Shown here piece after piece: positions 46,418-56,113 of a stretch of DNA of 64,000 nt. The stretch is from an uncultured delta proteobacterium (GTDB lineage: Bacteria; Myxococcota_A; Polyangia; Polyangiales; JAFGIB01). Under the pieces are notes generated by a model, which saw only the letters and a list, made by a program, of their open reading frames with translations, was not told where the DNA came from and searched no databases. The position numbers were made by a program, and so were the translations under genes. The stretch covers positions 544,001-608,000 of the forward strand of contig CAVZVA010000005.1 in assembly GCA_963778655.1 (NCBI GenBank). The letters run 5' to 3'. The number at the start of each line of letters is the position of its first letter. Position 1 is the stretch's first letter.

Positions 46418-48178
46418 ATGTTGACGACGATCACGAATGTACGGCGCCTGGTCCGGGGCCTCCTGATCTACCGAGAGGGCTCGCACCAGACGCTCGCGTG
46501 GCAGCTGGAGCGCCACGCGGCTCGCACGCCGGAGCGCCCGTTCCTGCTGTACGGCGAACGGCGCTATAGCTACGGGGCCGCCAACGCCGCGATCAACCGC
46601 CACGCGCACGCCTATCGCGCCGCGGGCGTGAGCGGCGGCGAGGTGGTGGCGCTGTTGATGGAGAACCGCCCGGAGCAGCTCTGGCACGTGTTCGGCCTGC
46701 ACAAGCTGGGCGCGGTCGTGAGCCTCGTGAACACCAACCTCAGCGGCGAGCTGCTCGAGCACGCCCTGCGGGTGTGCGAGCCGAGCCGGATCATCGTCGG
46801 CTCGGAGCTGTGGCCGAGCTTCGACGCGATCCAAGCAGGGCTTGGCGATCTCGCCCGCGTCACCTCGCTGGACGTCGACCCCGAGCAGGATACGCCGCCG
46901 CCCGACGGCGTGCCGGTCTGGGGCGAGTCGTTGTCCGCCGCGCCCGAGCACGACCCCGAGACCACGGGTGAGCAGCGCCTCGCGGATCTGGCCGCGTACA
47001 TCTATACCAGCGGCACCACGGGCATGCCCAAGCCGGCGTTGGTCCGGCACGAGCGGCTGTTTCGGGCCGGCGCCGTGTGGTCGGGCGCGCTGCGCCTGCG
47101 CCCCGGCGACGTGATGTACAACTGCCTGCCGCTGTACCACGCGAACGCCCTGATGCTGGCCACCGGCAGCGTGGTCACCGCGGGCATCGCGATGGCGCTG
47201 GCCCGGCGCTTTTCGCGCACTCACTTCTGGGACGACGTGCGCCGCTATGAGGCCACCAGCTTCATCTACATCGGCGAGCTGTGCCGCTACCTGATGAACA
47301 ATGAGCCGAGCGCATCGGACCGCGATCACCGCGTGAGGGTCATCACCGGCAACGGGCTGCGGCCCGATATCTGGCAAGAGTTCCAGTGCCGCTTCGGCAT
47401 CCCGCGCGTCGCCGAGTTCTACGGTGCGACCGAGGGCAACTGCATCACGATCAACGTGGCCAACGTGCCCGGCTCGGTCGGGCCGATGCTGCCCGGCATG
47501 GCGCTGGCGAAGTGGAGCGAGGCCAAGAACGACTTCGTGCGCGACGCGCGTGGATTCCTGACCAAGGCCGGGGTCGGCGAGCCCGGGATCCTGCTGGGGC
47601 GGATCGGCGCGCGCGGACGCTTCGATGGCTACCGAGACCGGCGCGAGACCGAAGGCAAGGTGATCCGCAACGCGTTCGCGCTGGGCGATGCCTACTTCAA
47701 CACCGGAGACCTGCTCAAGCGCGACTGGCGGCACCACCTGTTCTTCACCGATCGCGTCGGCGACACCTTCCGCTGGAAGGGCGAGAACGTTTCGACGACC
47801 GAGGTGCAGGAGCAGATCTCGAAGTGGCCGCCGGCGATCGAGATCAACGTCTACGGCGTGCACGTCCCCGGCACCGAGGGGCGCGCGGGCATGGCGGCCC
47901 TGGTGCTGGCCAATGGCCAGGCCTTCGACGCCGGGTCGTTCAAGGCCCACGTCGACGAGACGCTGCCGGCCTATGCGCGGCCGCTGTTCGTGCGCCTGCA
48001 GCGCGCGATCGAAACCACCGGTACGTTCAAGATGAAGAAGGCCGAGCTGCAGAAGCAGGGCTTCGATCCCAAGGCGACCGAGGATCGCATCTTCCTGCGC
48101 CATCCCCGCAGCCAGCAATACGAGCCGCTCGACGCGGCACTCTACGAAGACGTGTGCGCGGGCAAGCTCCAGCTCTGA
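46418..48178 (+). CDS. FATP/very-long-chain acyl-CoA synthetase family
   Basis: YIYTSGTTGMPK, YIGELCRYL, GNGLRPD, EFYGATEGN, DRVGDTFRWKGENVST, GRAGMA. Confidence 0.92.
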   Translation: MLTTITNVRRLVRGLLIYREGSHQTLAWQLERHAARTPERPFLLYGERRYSYGAANAAINRHAHAYRAAGVSGGEVVALLMENRPEQLWHVFGLHKLGAVVSLVNTNLSGELLEHALRVCEPSRIIVGSELWPSFDAIQAGLGDLARVTSLDVDPEQDTPPPDGVPVWGESLSAAPEHDPETTGEQRLADLAAYIYTSGTTGMPKPALVRHERLFRAGAVWSGALRLRPGDVMYNCLPLYHANALMLATGSVVTAGIAMALARRFSRTHFWDDVRRYEATSFIYIGELCRYLMNNEPSASDRDHRVRVITGNGLRPDIWQEFQCRFGIPRVAEFYGATEGNCITINVANVPGSVGPMLPGMALAKWSEAKNDFVRDARGFLTKAGVGEPGILLGRIGARGRFDGYRDRRETEGKVIRNAFALGDAYFNTGDLLKRDWRHHLFFTDRVGDTFRWKGENVSTTEVQEQISKWPPAIEINVYGVHVPGTEGRAGMAALVLANGQAFDAGSFKAHVDETLPAYARPLFVRLQRAIETTGTFKMKKAELQKQGFDPKATEDRIFLRHPRSQQYEPLDAALYEDVCAGKLQL

Positions 48179-48206
48179 TGGTGAGACCGGGGCGGTCGCG
48201 CGCGAA

Positions 48207-48833
48207 TCAGGCGGCCACCGGTGCCAGGTAGCGGACGATCATGTCCGTCAGCTCGTCCGCGAGGCGCGCGTCGTTCTGCGCTGCGGGGTCGGCCTGGATC
48301 GCCGCGCGGATCGCGCCGGGTACGGCGTGAACCAACAGGAACACCGTGCGGTCGACGTCCGTGGCCCGCGTCGGCTCGCCGCCGGCAAACAGATTGCGGC
48401 GGCAGACTTCTGCCAGGTGTTGTTCGAAGCCGTAGACCTTCTGCAGCTCGCCCACCTTCGGCACTTCCTGGCACAGCACGTGGTGCAGCTCCGGATCCAC
48501 CCGGTAGGCCGCGATCATGCCCAGCACCAGCAGGTGCGCGCGCTCGGCCAGGCTGGCGGGCGGCTCGGCGGCGAGCGCCTCGCCCAGAGTGTCGCGCATG
48601 CGCTGCATGTGGCTCTCCACCAAGGCCGCGACCAGCGCTTCCTTGCTGGGGAAGTACTGGTAGAGCGAGCCGATGCTGACCCCGGCCGCCTGGGCGATGC
48701 GGTTGGTGCTCGCCCGGTCGTAGCCGTCCTCGATCAGCACGCGCGCCGTGGCCTTGACGATCGCATCGACCGTGGCCTGCGCCCGCGCCTGGCGGGGCCT
48801 TCGTCGCGGATTGGTGGTTGGAATCGCTCGCAT
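48207..48833 (-). CDS. TetR/AcrR family transcriptional regulator
   Basis: PRQARAQAT..I..A, STNRIAQAAGVSIGSLYQYFPSKEAL. Confidence 0.93.
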   Translation of the reverse strand: MRAIPTTNPRRRPRQARAQATVDAIVKATARVLIEDGYDRASTNRIAQAAGVSIGSLYQYFPSKEALVAALVESHMQRMRDTLGEALAAEPPASLAERAHLLVLGMIAAYRVDPELHHVLCQEVPKVGELQKVYGFEQHLAEVCRRNLFAGGEPTRATDVDRTVFLLVHAVPGAIRAAIQADPAAQNDARLADELTDMIVRYLAPVAA

Positions 48834-48938
48834 CGGTGAAACCTGCCGGCTGGGTGTGGTTCGTCCTCGCCTTGGCGACGCCAATCGGCGCCTCTTAGCC
48901 CTAGGTCGGTCCATGTCGTGGAGATTTTCGGACCAAAC

Positions 48939-48954
48939 GTGAGGAAAGCCTCAC
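48939..48954. promoter_or_regulatory. Palindromic operator candidate upstream of tetR
   Basis: GTGAGG-AAAG-CCTCAC perfect inverted repeat. Confidence 0.4.
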
Positions 48955-49045
48955 ACAGCCCAGCCCAGGGGCCTGAACCTTGCTGGACCAAATCTGTAAA
49001 CACAAGTAGTTACGGAAGGTTGAGCCGAAATCCCAGATTCGTCCG

Positions 49046-50557
49046 TTACGGCTCCAACCCGCTGCCCGGCCAGCTGGGCAGGGGCGTTCCCGGCGGCGGC
49101 GCGTGCAGGATGCCGATCGGGTCGGCGCAGCTGGTTCCGGTGAGGATCGCGCCCGGCCGATGGTTGCCGCTGGCGCCGAGCCCTCCGAAGGGCAGCCGGC
49201 TGCTGGCTCCGGCGCTGCCGCGGTTCCAGTGCAGCACGCCCACGCGCAGCTCCTCGGCCGCGTGCTCGAACGCGGCCGAGGACGCCGTGAAGATCGAGGC
49301 GGCCAGGCCGAAGCGGGTGGCGTTGGCGCGCTCGATTGCCGCCTCCAGGTCGGGCGCGATCCAGACCGCCAGGTCGGGGCCAAACAACTCCTGGTCGCTG
49401 TAGCCGGCGACCTCGAGCGCAGTCTCGGGCGCACGGTACACGGCCGGCCGCACGTAGAAGCCCGGGTGCTGCGCGAGCTCGAGCGCGCCGCCGGGCGCGA
49501 CTGCTTCGAACCCGCCCGCGCGCGCGTGGGCCTGGGCGCGCAGCAGCCCCTCGCGCGCCCGCGCCGAGATCAACGGTCCCATGAACACCTGCTCGGCCAG
49601 CGGGTGACCGATGCGCAGCCCGCCGGCGATCTGGGCGATGCGCGCGATCAGCGCCTCGGCGATTCCCGGCGTCGCGATCAGCCGCGAGGTCGAGGTGCAG
49701 CGCTGGCCGCTGGTCGCAAAGGCGGCGAACGCGATCGCGCGCGCGGTGCGCTCGAGCTCGCAATCGTCGAGCGCGATCGCCGCGTTCTTGCCGCCGAGCT
49801 CGAGCGCGACCAGGCGCTCGGGCCGCGCTGCGTTGTCGAGCACGATGCGCTGGCCGACCGCGGCCGAGCCGGTGAACAGGATACCGTCGATGTCGGGGTG
49901 CTGCGTCAGCCGCTGGCCGCTGGCAGCGGGACCCTGGACCAGGTTGAACACGCCCGGCGGCAGGCCGGCCTCGTGGAAGCAGCGCGCGATGAGGCTCGCG
50001 GCGCTGGGCGTCTTCTCGCTGGGCTTGTGGACCACGCAGTTGCCGAGCGCCAGCGCCGGCACGATTTGCCCGTTGGGTAGATGGCCGGGGAAGTTGAAGG
50101 GTCCGATCACCGCGATCACGCCCAGCGGCCGCTGGCGGATCTCGCCGGGCAGCGCCTCGATGCGCTCCGACGCCGTGAAGCGCATGCCCTCGCCCAGCAC
50201 CAGGTCGACCTTGGCGATCATTGCGTCGACCTCGGCGCGCGCTTCCCACAGCGGCTTGCCGACCTCGAGCGCAATCATGAGCGCGAGCGGCTCGCGCTGA
50301 GCGCGCAGCCGCGCCTGGTAGCGGCGCAGCAGCTCGGCCCGCGCCTCGACGCCGATCCGGCGCCAGCCGCGCTGCGCTCCGCGCGCAGCCTCGACCGCGC
50401 GCTCCACCTGGGCCAGCCCGAACGCGTGCCTCGCCACGCGCTGGTGGAGGTCGGCCGGGCTGCAGATCGCAAGCTCGCCGTCGGCCGGTTCGGGCTGGCA
50501 GAAGCGCCCCGCGAGATAATCGCCGGGGCGCTCGAGCGGCGGTGGCGGCGCAGCCAT
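49046..50557 (-). CDS. astD: Aldehyde dehydrogenase, succinylglutamate-semialdehyde dehydrogenase-like
   Basis: GPFNFPGHLPNGQIVPAL..GN, ALELGGKN, SGQRCT, GASS.LPFGG.G.SGNHRP. Confidence 0.75.
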   Translation of the reverse strand: MAAPPPPLERPGDYLAGRFCQPEPADGELAICSPADLHQRVARHAFGLAQVERAVEAARGAQRGWRRIGVEARAELLRRYQARLRAQREPLALMIALEVGKPLWEARAEVDAMIAKVDLVLGEGMRFTASERIEALPGEIRQRPLGVIAVIGPFNFPGHLPNGQIVPALALGNCVVHKPSEKTPSAASLIARCFHEAGLPPGVFNLVQGPAASGQRLTQHPDIDGILFTGSAAVGQRIVLDNAARPERLVALELGGKNAAIALDDCELERTARAIAFAAFATSGQRCTSTSRLIATPGIAEALIARIAQIAGGLRIGHPLAEQVFMGPLISARAREGLLRAQAHARAGGFEAVAPGGALELAQHPGFYVRPAVYRAPETALEVAGYSDQELFGPDLAVWIAPDLEAAIERANATRFGLAASIFTASSAAFEHAAEELRVGVLHWNRGSAGASSRLPFGGLGASGNHRPGAILTGTSCADPIGILHAPPPGTPLPSWPGSGLEP

Positions 50558-50588
50558 GGATCCAGTGTAGCCGACCCCGGCCGGGCGC

Positions 50589-51212
50589 TCAGCGCAGCGC
50601 CTCGAGGATGGCGTCTACGTCCCCGGCGAGCTGCTCGGCGGCCGTGAACAACCAGGCCTGTACCGGCTCGCGCGCGCCTGCCTGCAGCGCCAGCCGCGGG
50701 CGGCGTGCCAGGATGGTGTGGAGTCGCTCGTACACGAAGATCGGGTCGCGGTAGCCTTCCGGCAGGGGCGCGTCGAGTAGGCGCGAGACCAGCCGGCGCA
50801 GGCTCGCTGCCGGCGCAGCGCCCTTCCAGGCGACCGCCTGCTCGAGGTCGCCCTCCAGCGCGCCGCGCAGCGCCTGCCGGTAGGCCGCGCAGGCCGGGCC
50901 GTCGTCCGCGAGCAAGCCGTCGAGCAACAGCTCGCTGCCGACGTGACCCACCGCGCGCGCGGACGCCCTGGCTACGCCCTGGGCCTCCAGCACGTCGAGC
51001 GCCGAGGCGCACAGCGCGCGGAAGGGCGCGACCCCGTGGAACGCGTGATCGGTCTCGTGGTGCAGGGCCACGCCGCGGGCGATCTGCGGGTCCAGCACGC
51101 GCTCGAGCCGCAGCTCGGCCATCGAGGCCAGGTCGGGCAGCATGGCGCCGAGCACGAAGCGCGGGTGCGGGTCGCGGGTGCGGGCAACGGTCGCGTGGCC
51201 GAAGAAATTCAC
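50589..51212 (-). CDS. Hypothetical AcpH-like (HD-type) protein
   Basis: MNFFGH, G..LPD, GVALHH.TD..FH, ELLLD. Confidence 0.6.
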   Translation of the reverse strand: MNFFGHATVARTRDPHPRFVLGAMLPDLASMAELRLERVLDPQIARGVALHHETDHAFHGVAPFRALCASALDVLEAQGVARASARAVGHVGSELLLDGLLADDGPACAAYRQALRGALEGDLEQAVAWKGAAPAASLRRLVSRLLDAPLPEGYRDPIFVYERLHTILARRPRLALQAGAREPVQAWLFTAAEQLAGDVDAILEALR

Positions 51213-51300
51213 CGTTCAGGACAATCTGTGGGCCAGCGTACTACCGAAATTCGAGACGGCGACTCCGGCCCAGAAGTTGAGGTCCGTCAAGCCCTCGGGC

Positions 51301-52668
51301 ATGCTTGTATTCAGGAGAATTCCCGTGGGATTGCGAGTCTGGAGCAGCCGGTGCCTCATCGTTGGTGCAACCCTTTGCGCATGGGCGGCGATCGGCCCGG
51401 CCGCCAGCTGGGCCGACCCTAGTCACCCCGTGACCCGGCCCGAAGCGGCCCTGCGCCCGGTCTCGCACCAGCTCACCCGCGACGTGCGCCTGCTCGATCG
51501 GGTCTCGGAGGCCGGACAGCGCGCGCACGGGCTCTACTTCAACGCCCCGGTCCAGCACCGGCTGGGGCCCAAGGGCATCATCCGTACGCTGCGCAAGGCG
51601 CACATGAACGCGGCCGTGCTCGACATGAAGGACGGCCAGGGGCGCGTGGTTTGGGACACGCACATCCCGTCGCTGATCCCCGAGCGGCATCTCTACTTCA
51701 AGGACGTGCCGGGCTTCATCGCCGAGCTCAAGCGCGCCGGCATCTACACCATCGGGCGCGTGGTGTGCTTCAACGATCCCTACCTGCCGCGCAACGAGCC
51801 CGACCGCGCCGTGCTCGACGACCGCCCCGGTCACAAGGGCAAAGTGTGGGCCACCTGGGGCCACCGCAATCCGTGGCTCGATCCCTACAACACGCGCAAC
51901 CACGACCTGATCGTGGCCATCGCCAAGGAGATCGAAGCGCTCGGCCTCGACGAAATTCAGTTCGACTACATCCGCTTTCCCGTGGACCGCGCCACGCGCT
52001 TCGCGAAGTTCCCCGCGCAGACCGACACGCCGCGGCCGCAGGTCATTGTCTCGATGCTCAGGCGCGTCGACGAGGCGATCAAGATCCCGATCGGCGCGGA
52101 CGTGTTCGGGGTCTCGATCTTCCACTACGGCGACTCCGACGGGCTGGGCCAGGTGCCGGAGCTGTGGTCGGCGCACGTGGACGTGTTCACGCCGATGCTC
52201 TACCTCGACGGCATGACGTCCTGGGGCAAGCCTGGTCCCGGGCGCGCGGAGCGGTTGATCTTCGCCGGGATCCAGAAGTTGAGGCACAGGATCGGCAAGG
52301 GGCCGGTGATCCGCCCCTTCCTGCAGGCGTTTGCGCGCAACGCCGACTACTACAACCCGGCCTTCATCGCCGAGCAGATCCGCGGCGCGCGCGACGCGGG
52401 CGCCGATGGCTTCTTGTTCTGGAGCCCCGGGTCGAGCTATCGGATGGTGCAGGCGGGCATGGCGGGGCCTGCGGGCGGCTTGCTGCCATTTCCGATCGAA
52501 GCGCGCATCGCCTATCGCGCGCGGCGCTGGCCCAAGGCCGGCGGAACCCAGGCCACGCTTGCCGGCGCCGGGGCGGACGGCGACGGCGAGCACGCGCCGC
52601 AGCCGCCGGTCGACGCGCTGACGCGCCCCTCGCTGCGCTACGCGCCGGCGGCGCCCGCCGCGCGGTGA
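51301..52668 (+). CDS. Putative secreted glycoside hydrolase (DUF4015-like)
   Basis: NAAVLDMKD, IYTIGRVVCFND, WLDPY, DEIQFDYIRFP, ADVFG, GQ..E, PMLY, RPFLQAF; start uncertain. Confidence 0.8.
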   Translation: MLVFRRIPVGLRVWSSRCLIVGATLCAWAAIGPAASWADPSHPVTRPEAALRPVSHQLTRDVRLLDRVSEAGQRAHGLYFNAPVQHRLGPKGIIRTLRKAHMNAAVLDMKDGQGRVVWDTHIPSLIPERHLYFKDVPGFIAELKRAGIYTIGRVVCFNDPYLPRNEPDRAVLDDRPGHKGKVWATWGHRNPWLDPYNTRNHDLIVAIAKEIEALGLDEIQFDYIRFPVDRATRFAKFPAQTDTPRPQVIVSMLRRVDEAIKIPIGADVFGVSIFHYGDSDGLGQVPELWSAHVDVFTPMLYLDGMTSWGKPGPGRAERLIFAGIQKLRHRIGKGPVIRPFLQAFARNADYYNPAFIAEQIRGARDAGADGFLFWSPGSSYRMVQAGMAGPAGGLLPFPIEARIAYRARRWPKAGGTQATLAGAGADGDGEHAPQPPVDALTRPSLRYAPAAPAAR

Positions 52669-53102
52669 CGCCGCTCGACCGCCTGAAGGCGCTGCACCCC
52701 GTCGTCGCCCTGGCTGCCGGGCTCGGTGTCGAACCAGGCGGCGAGGATCTCCTTGGCCATGTCGTCAGCGAGCGTGCGATTCGATAGACACAGCACGTTG
52801 GCGTGGTTCCAGATGCGCGCGGCGCTGGCCGTGCCCGGGTCCCCGCACAGCGCGGCGCGGATGCCGCCGACCTTGTTGGCCGCGATGCTGATGCCGGTGC
52901 CCGACCAGCAGAAGAACACGCCCTGATCGCATTCGCCGCGGGCGACGGCGAGCGCCGCGGCTTCCGCCACCTCGGCCCAAGGCGCCTCTCGACCGCTGGA
53001 GATCGCGCCGAACGCCACCACCTCGTGGCCGCGCGCCTCGATCGCTGCGCGCACCGTGCGGTGCACGGGGTAGGGCTCATCCGAGCAGAGCGCGATGCGC
53101 AC
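52638..53102 (-). CDS. rpiB: RpiB/LacA/LacB family sugar-phosphate isomerase
   Basis: IAL.SD, CWSGTGISIAANKV.GIRAALC, AR.WNHANVLCL. Confidence 0.85.
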   Translation of the reverse strand: MRIALCSDEPYPVHRTVRAAIEARGHEVVAFGAISSGREAPWAEVAEAAALAVARGECDQGVFFCWSGTGISIAANKVGGIRAALCGDPGTASAARIWNHANVLCLSNRTLADDMAKEILAAWFDTEPGSQGDDGVQRLQAVERRHRAAGAAGA

Positions 53103-53192
53103 GAGTGGCCTCCTGGACGGAAGCCTAGCGCAAAATCGGTGCACGCGGCGCATGGGCGAGGCCTTCGGTCACGGGCTGCGTTGTGAGGGGAA

Positions 53193-53248
53193 CACAGTAA
53201 GACGGGAAGCCCGAACCTTCTTGTCTTCGCATCTTCCCATCTTCCTGT
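53193..53248 (-). repeat. REP-like (N4-GAAG)n hairpin repeat, copy 2
   Basis: Minus strand ACAGGAAG-ATGGGAAG-ATGCGAAG-ACAAGAAG...GCTTCCCGTCTTACTGTG. Confidence 0.6.
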
Positions 53249-53255
53249 CGTTCAT

Positions 53256-54563
53256 TTAGCCAGGGCGCGCGCGGTGACGCGGCTCGGCCAGCTTGAGCGC
53301 GATGATCGCGACCGCTGCCGCCTGCAGCAGGACCGCGAGCCAGAACATGGGGCGATACGAGAGCGTGGCGATCAGCAGCCCACCGAGCAGCGGCGCCGCC
53401 ACCGCCACTGCCTGCTCGCCGCTCTGCGCCAGCGCGATACGCATCGGCAGGTCTTCACGGTCGCCGAACTCGAGCACCAAGTTGGTGCTGCCCAACTGGA
53501 ATCCGCCTTGACCCGCACCCAGTCCGACGAAGCCCAGCATCAGCGCCGGCAAACCGCCGCCATACATCAGCAGCAGCGTCGAGCCAGCCCAGGTCAGCAA
53601 CGACCAGCCGAGCACGCTGCGAAATCCGCGCCGGTCTCCCAGCAGACCCCAGAGCACGGCGCTGGCGGTCTGGGCGATGAAATAAGCCGCGGTCAGCAGG
53701 CCCATGACCTTGCCCGACAGCGCCATCTGCTTGCCGGCGTAGATTGCGTAATAGGGGACCGCCATCCGCCCCGCAGCGCCGAGCGCGCGCGCCCACATAT
53801 ACGCGCGGTAGTTAGCGTCGGCGCGCAGCAGCTCGGGCAGCTCGCGCAGCCGGGCGGCGAGCTTGCGCTGCGGCCGCACCCCGGGCGACTCGGGCTCGTG
53901 CATTGTCAGCAGCACCAGCAGCCCTGCGCTGGCCAGCGCAAAGGCGAGCAGAAAGACGGTCGCGTAGCCGTTGCCGAGCGCGTTGCGCTCGACCAGATAG
54001 CCGCCCACGAACGCGATGCTCGAGGCGACCAGGCCCGCAAGGGTGTTGCGCAGGCCGACCAGCGCGCCGCGCCGCTCGACCGGAATGACCTTCGAGACCA
54101 GGAACGAGAAGGTCACGCTCTGCATCCCGGTGAAGAAGCCGTACAGACCCAGGAACACGCAGATGGCGACCAGGTTGGCGTGCCTGCCGAGCAAGTAGCC
54201 GGCCAGCGCTAGCCCCAGCACCGACAGGCGCATCGCCGCACCCGTGCCGAACACCATCGGCAACACCTTGCGGCGGTGCTCGATCAGGGTGGCGCCGATC
54301 ACCGGCGTCAGAAACGTGCCCAGCGCCTGGCACGCGCGCGCCAGCCCGACCATGCCATCCGAGCCCGACAGCGCGTACACGTAGGCCGGCAGAAAGGTCG
54401 GCGCCTGGATCATGCGGAAGCCGGTCTGACCCAGCAGGCCGTGGATCAAGTGCGCCGCGAAGTTGCGCGGTAGGTGCCGCCGCACCTCGCGCTGGAATTG
54501 CGCCTCCGCGTCCGGCACAGCCGCGGGCGCCTCGTTCGAGCCTTCTGCCTGCGTGAGCTCCAA
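53256..54563 (-). CDS. MFS transporter
   Basis: About 12 hydrophobic segments, IPVERRG, WGLLGDRRGFR. Confidence 0.88.
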   Translation of the reverse strand: MELTQAEGSNEAPAAVPDAEAQFQREVRRHLPRNFAAHLIHGLLGQTGFRMIQAPTFLPAYVYALSGSDGMVGLARACQALGTFLTPVIGATLIEHRRKVLPMVFGTGAAMRLSVLGLALAGYLLGRHANLVAICVFLGLYGFFTGMQSVTFSFLVSKVIPVERRGALVGLRNTLAGLVASSIAFVGGYLVERNALGNGYATVFLLAFALASAGLLVLLTMHEPESPGVRPQRKLAARLRELPELLRADANYRAYMWARALGAAGRMAVPYYAIYAGKQMALSGKVMGLLTAAYFIAQTASAVLWGLLGDRRGFRSVLGWSLLTWAGSTLLLMYGGGLPALMLGFVGLGAGQGGFQLGSTNLVLEFGDREDLPMRIALAQSGEQAVAVAAPLLGGLLIATLSYRPMFWLAVLLQAAAVAIIALKLAEPRHRARPG

Positions 54564-54660
54564 GCCGGTCCTCGTCCCGCGTCCGCCCGCGCGCCGCGTT
54601 TGCCCGCGTGCGCCGACCCGGCTACAAACCCGAGCCTGGGCTGCCGGGGCCCCGGGATCG

Positions 54661-56085
54661 ATGCACTTCCACTCCCTCGACTACCTCGTGTTCCTGGCCT
54701 TGGTGCTCGGCGGCTATTGGCTGCTCGCCCAGCGCCACATCCCGCGCCTCTCGCTGGTCGTCCTCTCGTCGTGTCTGTTCTACATGGCGTGGCAGCCCGC
54801 GTACGTCCTGCTGCTGCTGACGTCGTGTGTGCTCGACTACAGCGTCGGCCTGGCCATGGCAGGCGCGCGTAGCCAGCGCGCCAGACGCGCTTGGCTGTTG
54901 CTCAGCCTTGGCGGCAACCTCGGGCTACTGGGGACCTTCAAGTACTACAATTTCTTCGCCGCGGCCACGGCCCAGACCCTGGCCCTGTTCGGCTTGCACA
55001 CCCATCCCAGTCACCTCGACGTCCTGCTTCCGGTCGGTATCTCCTTCTATACATTCGAATCGCTGAGCTACACCATCGACGTCTACCGCGGGCAGCTGAA
55101 ACCGGTCCGCAACTTCCTCCACTTCGCGTTCTTTCTCAGCTTCTTCCCGCACCTGGTGGCGGGGCCAATCGTACGCGCCAGCGACTTCCTGCCGCAGCTG
55201 CAGCGGCCACCGCGGCTGTCGTCGACCGCGGTCGGCGAGGGCCTATTCCTGATCGCCGTCGGCATGATCAAGAAGGTGGCGGTCGCGGACTACGTGGCGA
55301 TCAACCTGGTCGACCGCGTGTTCGACGACCCGAGCGCCTACACCTCGCCGGAGGTGATGCTCGCGCTCTATGCCTACACCCTGCAGATCTACTGCGACTT
55401 CTCGGGTTACACCGATGTGGCGCGCGGCTCGGCCAAGCTGTTCGGCCTGCAGCTGCCGGAGAACTTCAATCGCCCCTATCAGGCGCGCAGCCCGGCCGAG
55501 TTCTGGCGCCGCTGGCACATGACCCTTTCCACGTGGCTGCGCGACTACGTCTACTATCCGCTGGGCGGCTCGCGCACGTCTTCGTTGCGCGCGTACTTCA
55601 ACCTGGGCCTAACCATGTTCTTGATCGGGCTGTGGCACGGCGCCGCCTGGACCTTCGTGGTCTACGGGCTGTTGCAGTCGGCCGCCATGCTGATCCACCG
55701 CTACTTCTATCGGCGCTCGGGCCGCACCAGCCAGAGCGTCGACCGGCCGCTGATCCACGTGCTCAAGGTGCTAGGCACGCTGCACTTCGTAGTGCTCTCG
55801 CGCATCTTCTTCCGCTCGGCGGATCTGCACAACGCGCGCGACGTGGCCGGACAACTGGTGAGCGGATCGATGGCCTCGATCGGACACGTGCAGGCCAGCG
55901 TGCTGCTGGTGCTGGTGCTCGGCTACGCGGCCCACTACGCCCCGCGCAGCTGGTTCGAGCGGCTGAGCCAGCGCTTCGTGCTGCTTCCGGCGCCGCTGCA
56001 GGGCGCGGTGCTGGCCGCGGTCTCGGGGGGGTTGATGCTGGTGGCCTCGCAAGATGTTGTACCCTACATCTACTTCCAGTTCTGA
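54661..56085 (+). CDS. MBOAT O-acyltransferase, AlgI/PatA type
   Basis: LPVGISFYTF, FFPHLVAGPIVR, QIYCDFSGYTD, FWRRWHMTLSTWLRDY, GLWHGA, C-terminal PYIYFQF. Confidence 0.95.
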   Translation: MHFHSLDYLVFLALVLGGYWLLAQRHIPRLSLVVLSSCLFYMAWQPAYVLLLLTSCVLDYSVGLAMAGARSQRARRAWLLLSLGGNLGLLGTFKYYNFFAAATAQTLALFGLHTHPSHLDVLLPVGISFYTFESLSYTIDVYRGQLKPVRNFLHFAFFLSFFPHLVAGPIVRASDFLPQLQRPPRLSSTAVGEGLFLIAVGMIKKVAVADYVAINLVDRVFDDPSAYTSPEVMLALYAYTLQIYCDFSGYTDVARGSAKLFGLQLPENFNRPYQARSPAEFWRRWHMTLSTWLRDYVYYPLGGSRTSSLRAYFNLGLTMFLIGLWHGAAWTFVVYGLLQSAAMLIHRYFYRRSGRTSQSVDRPLIHVLKVLGTLHFVVLSRIFFRSADLHNARDVAGQLVSGSMASIGHVQASVLLVLVLGYAAHYAPRSWFERLSQRFVLLPAPLQGAVLAAVSGGLMLVASQDVVPYIYFQF

Positions 56086-56113
56086 CCCGTCCCGGGCGGG
56101 GTCGGCACGGCGG

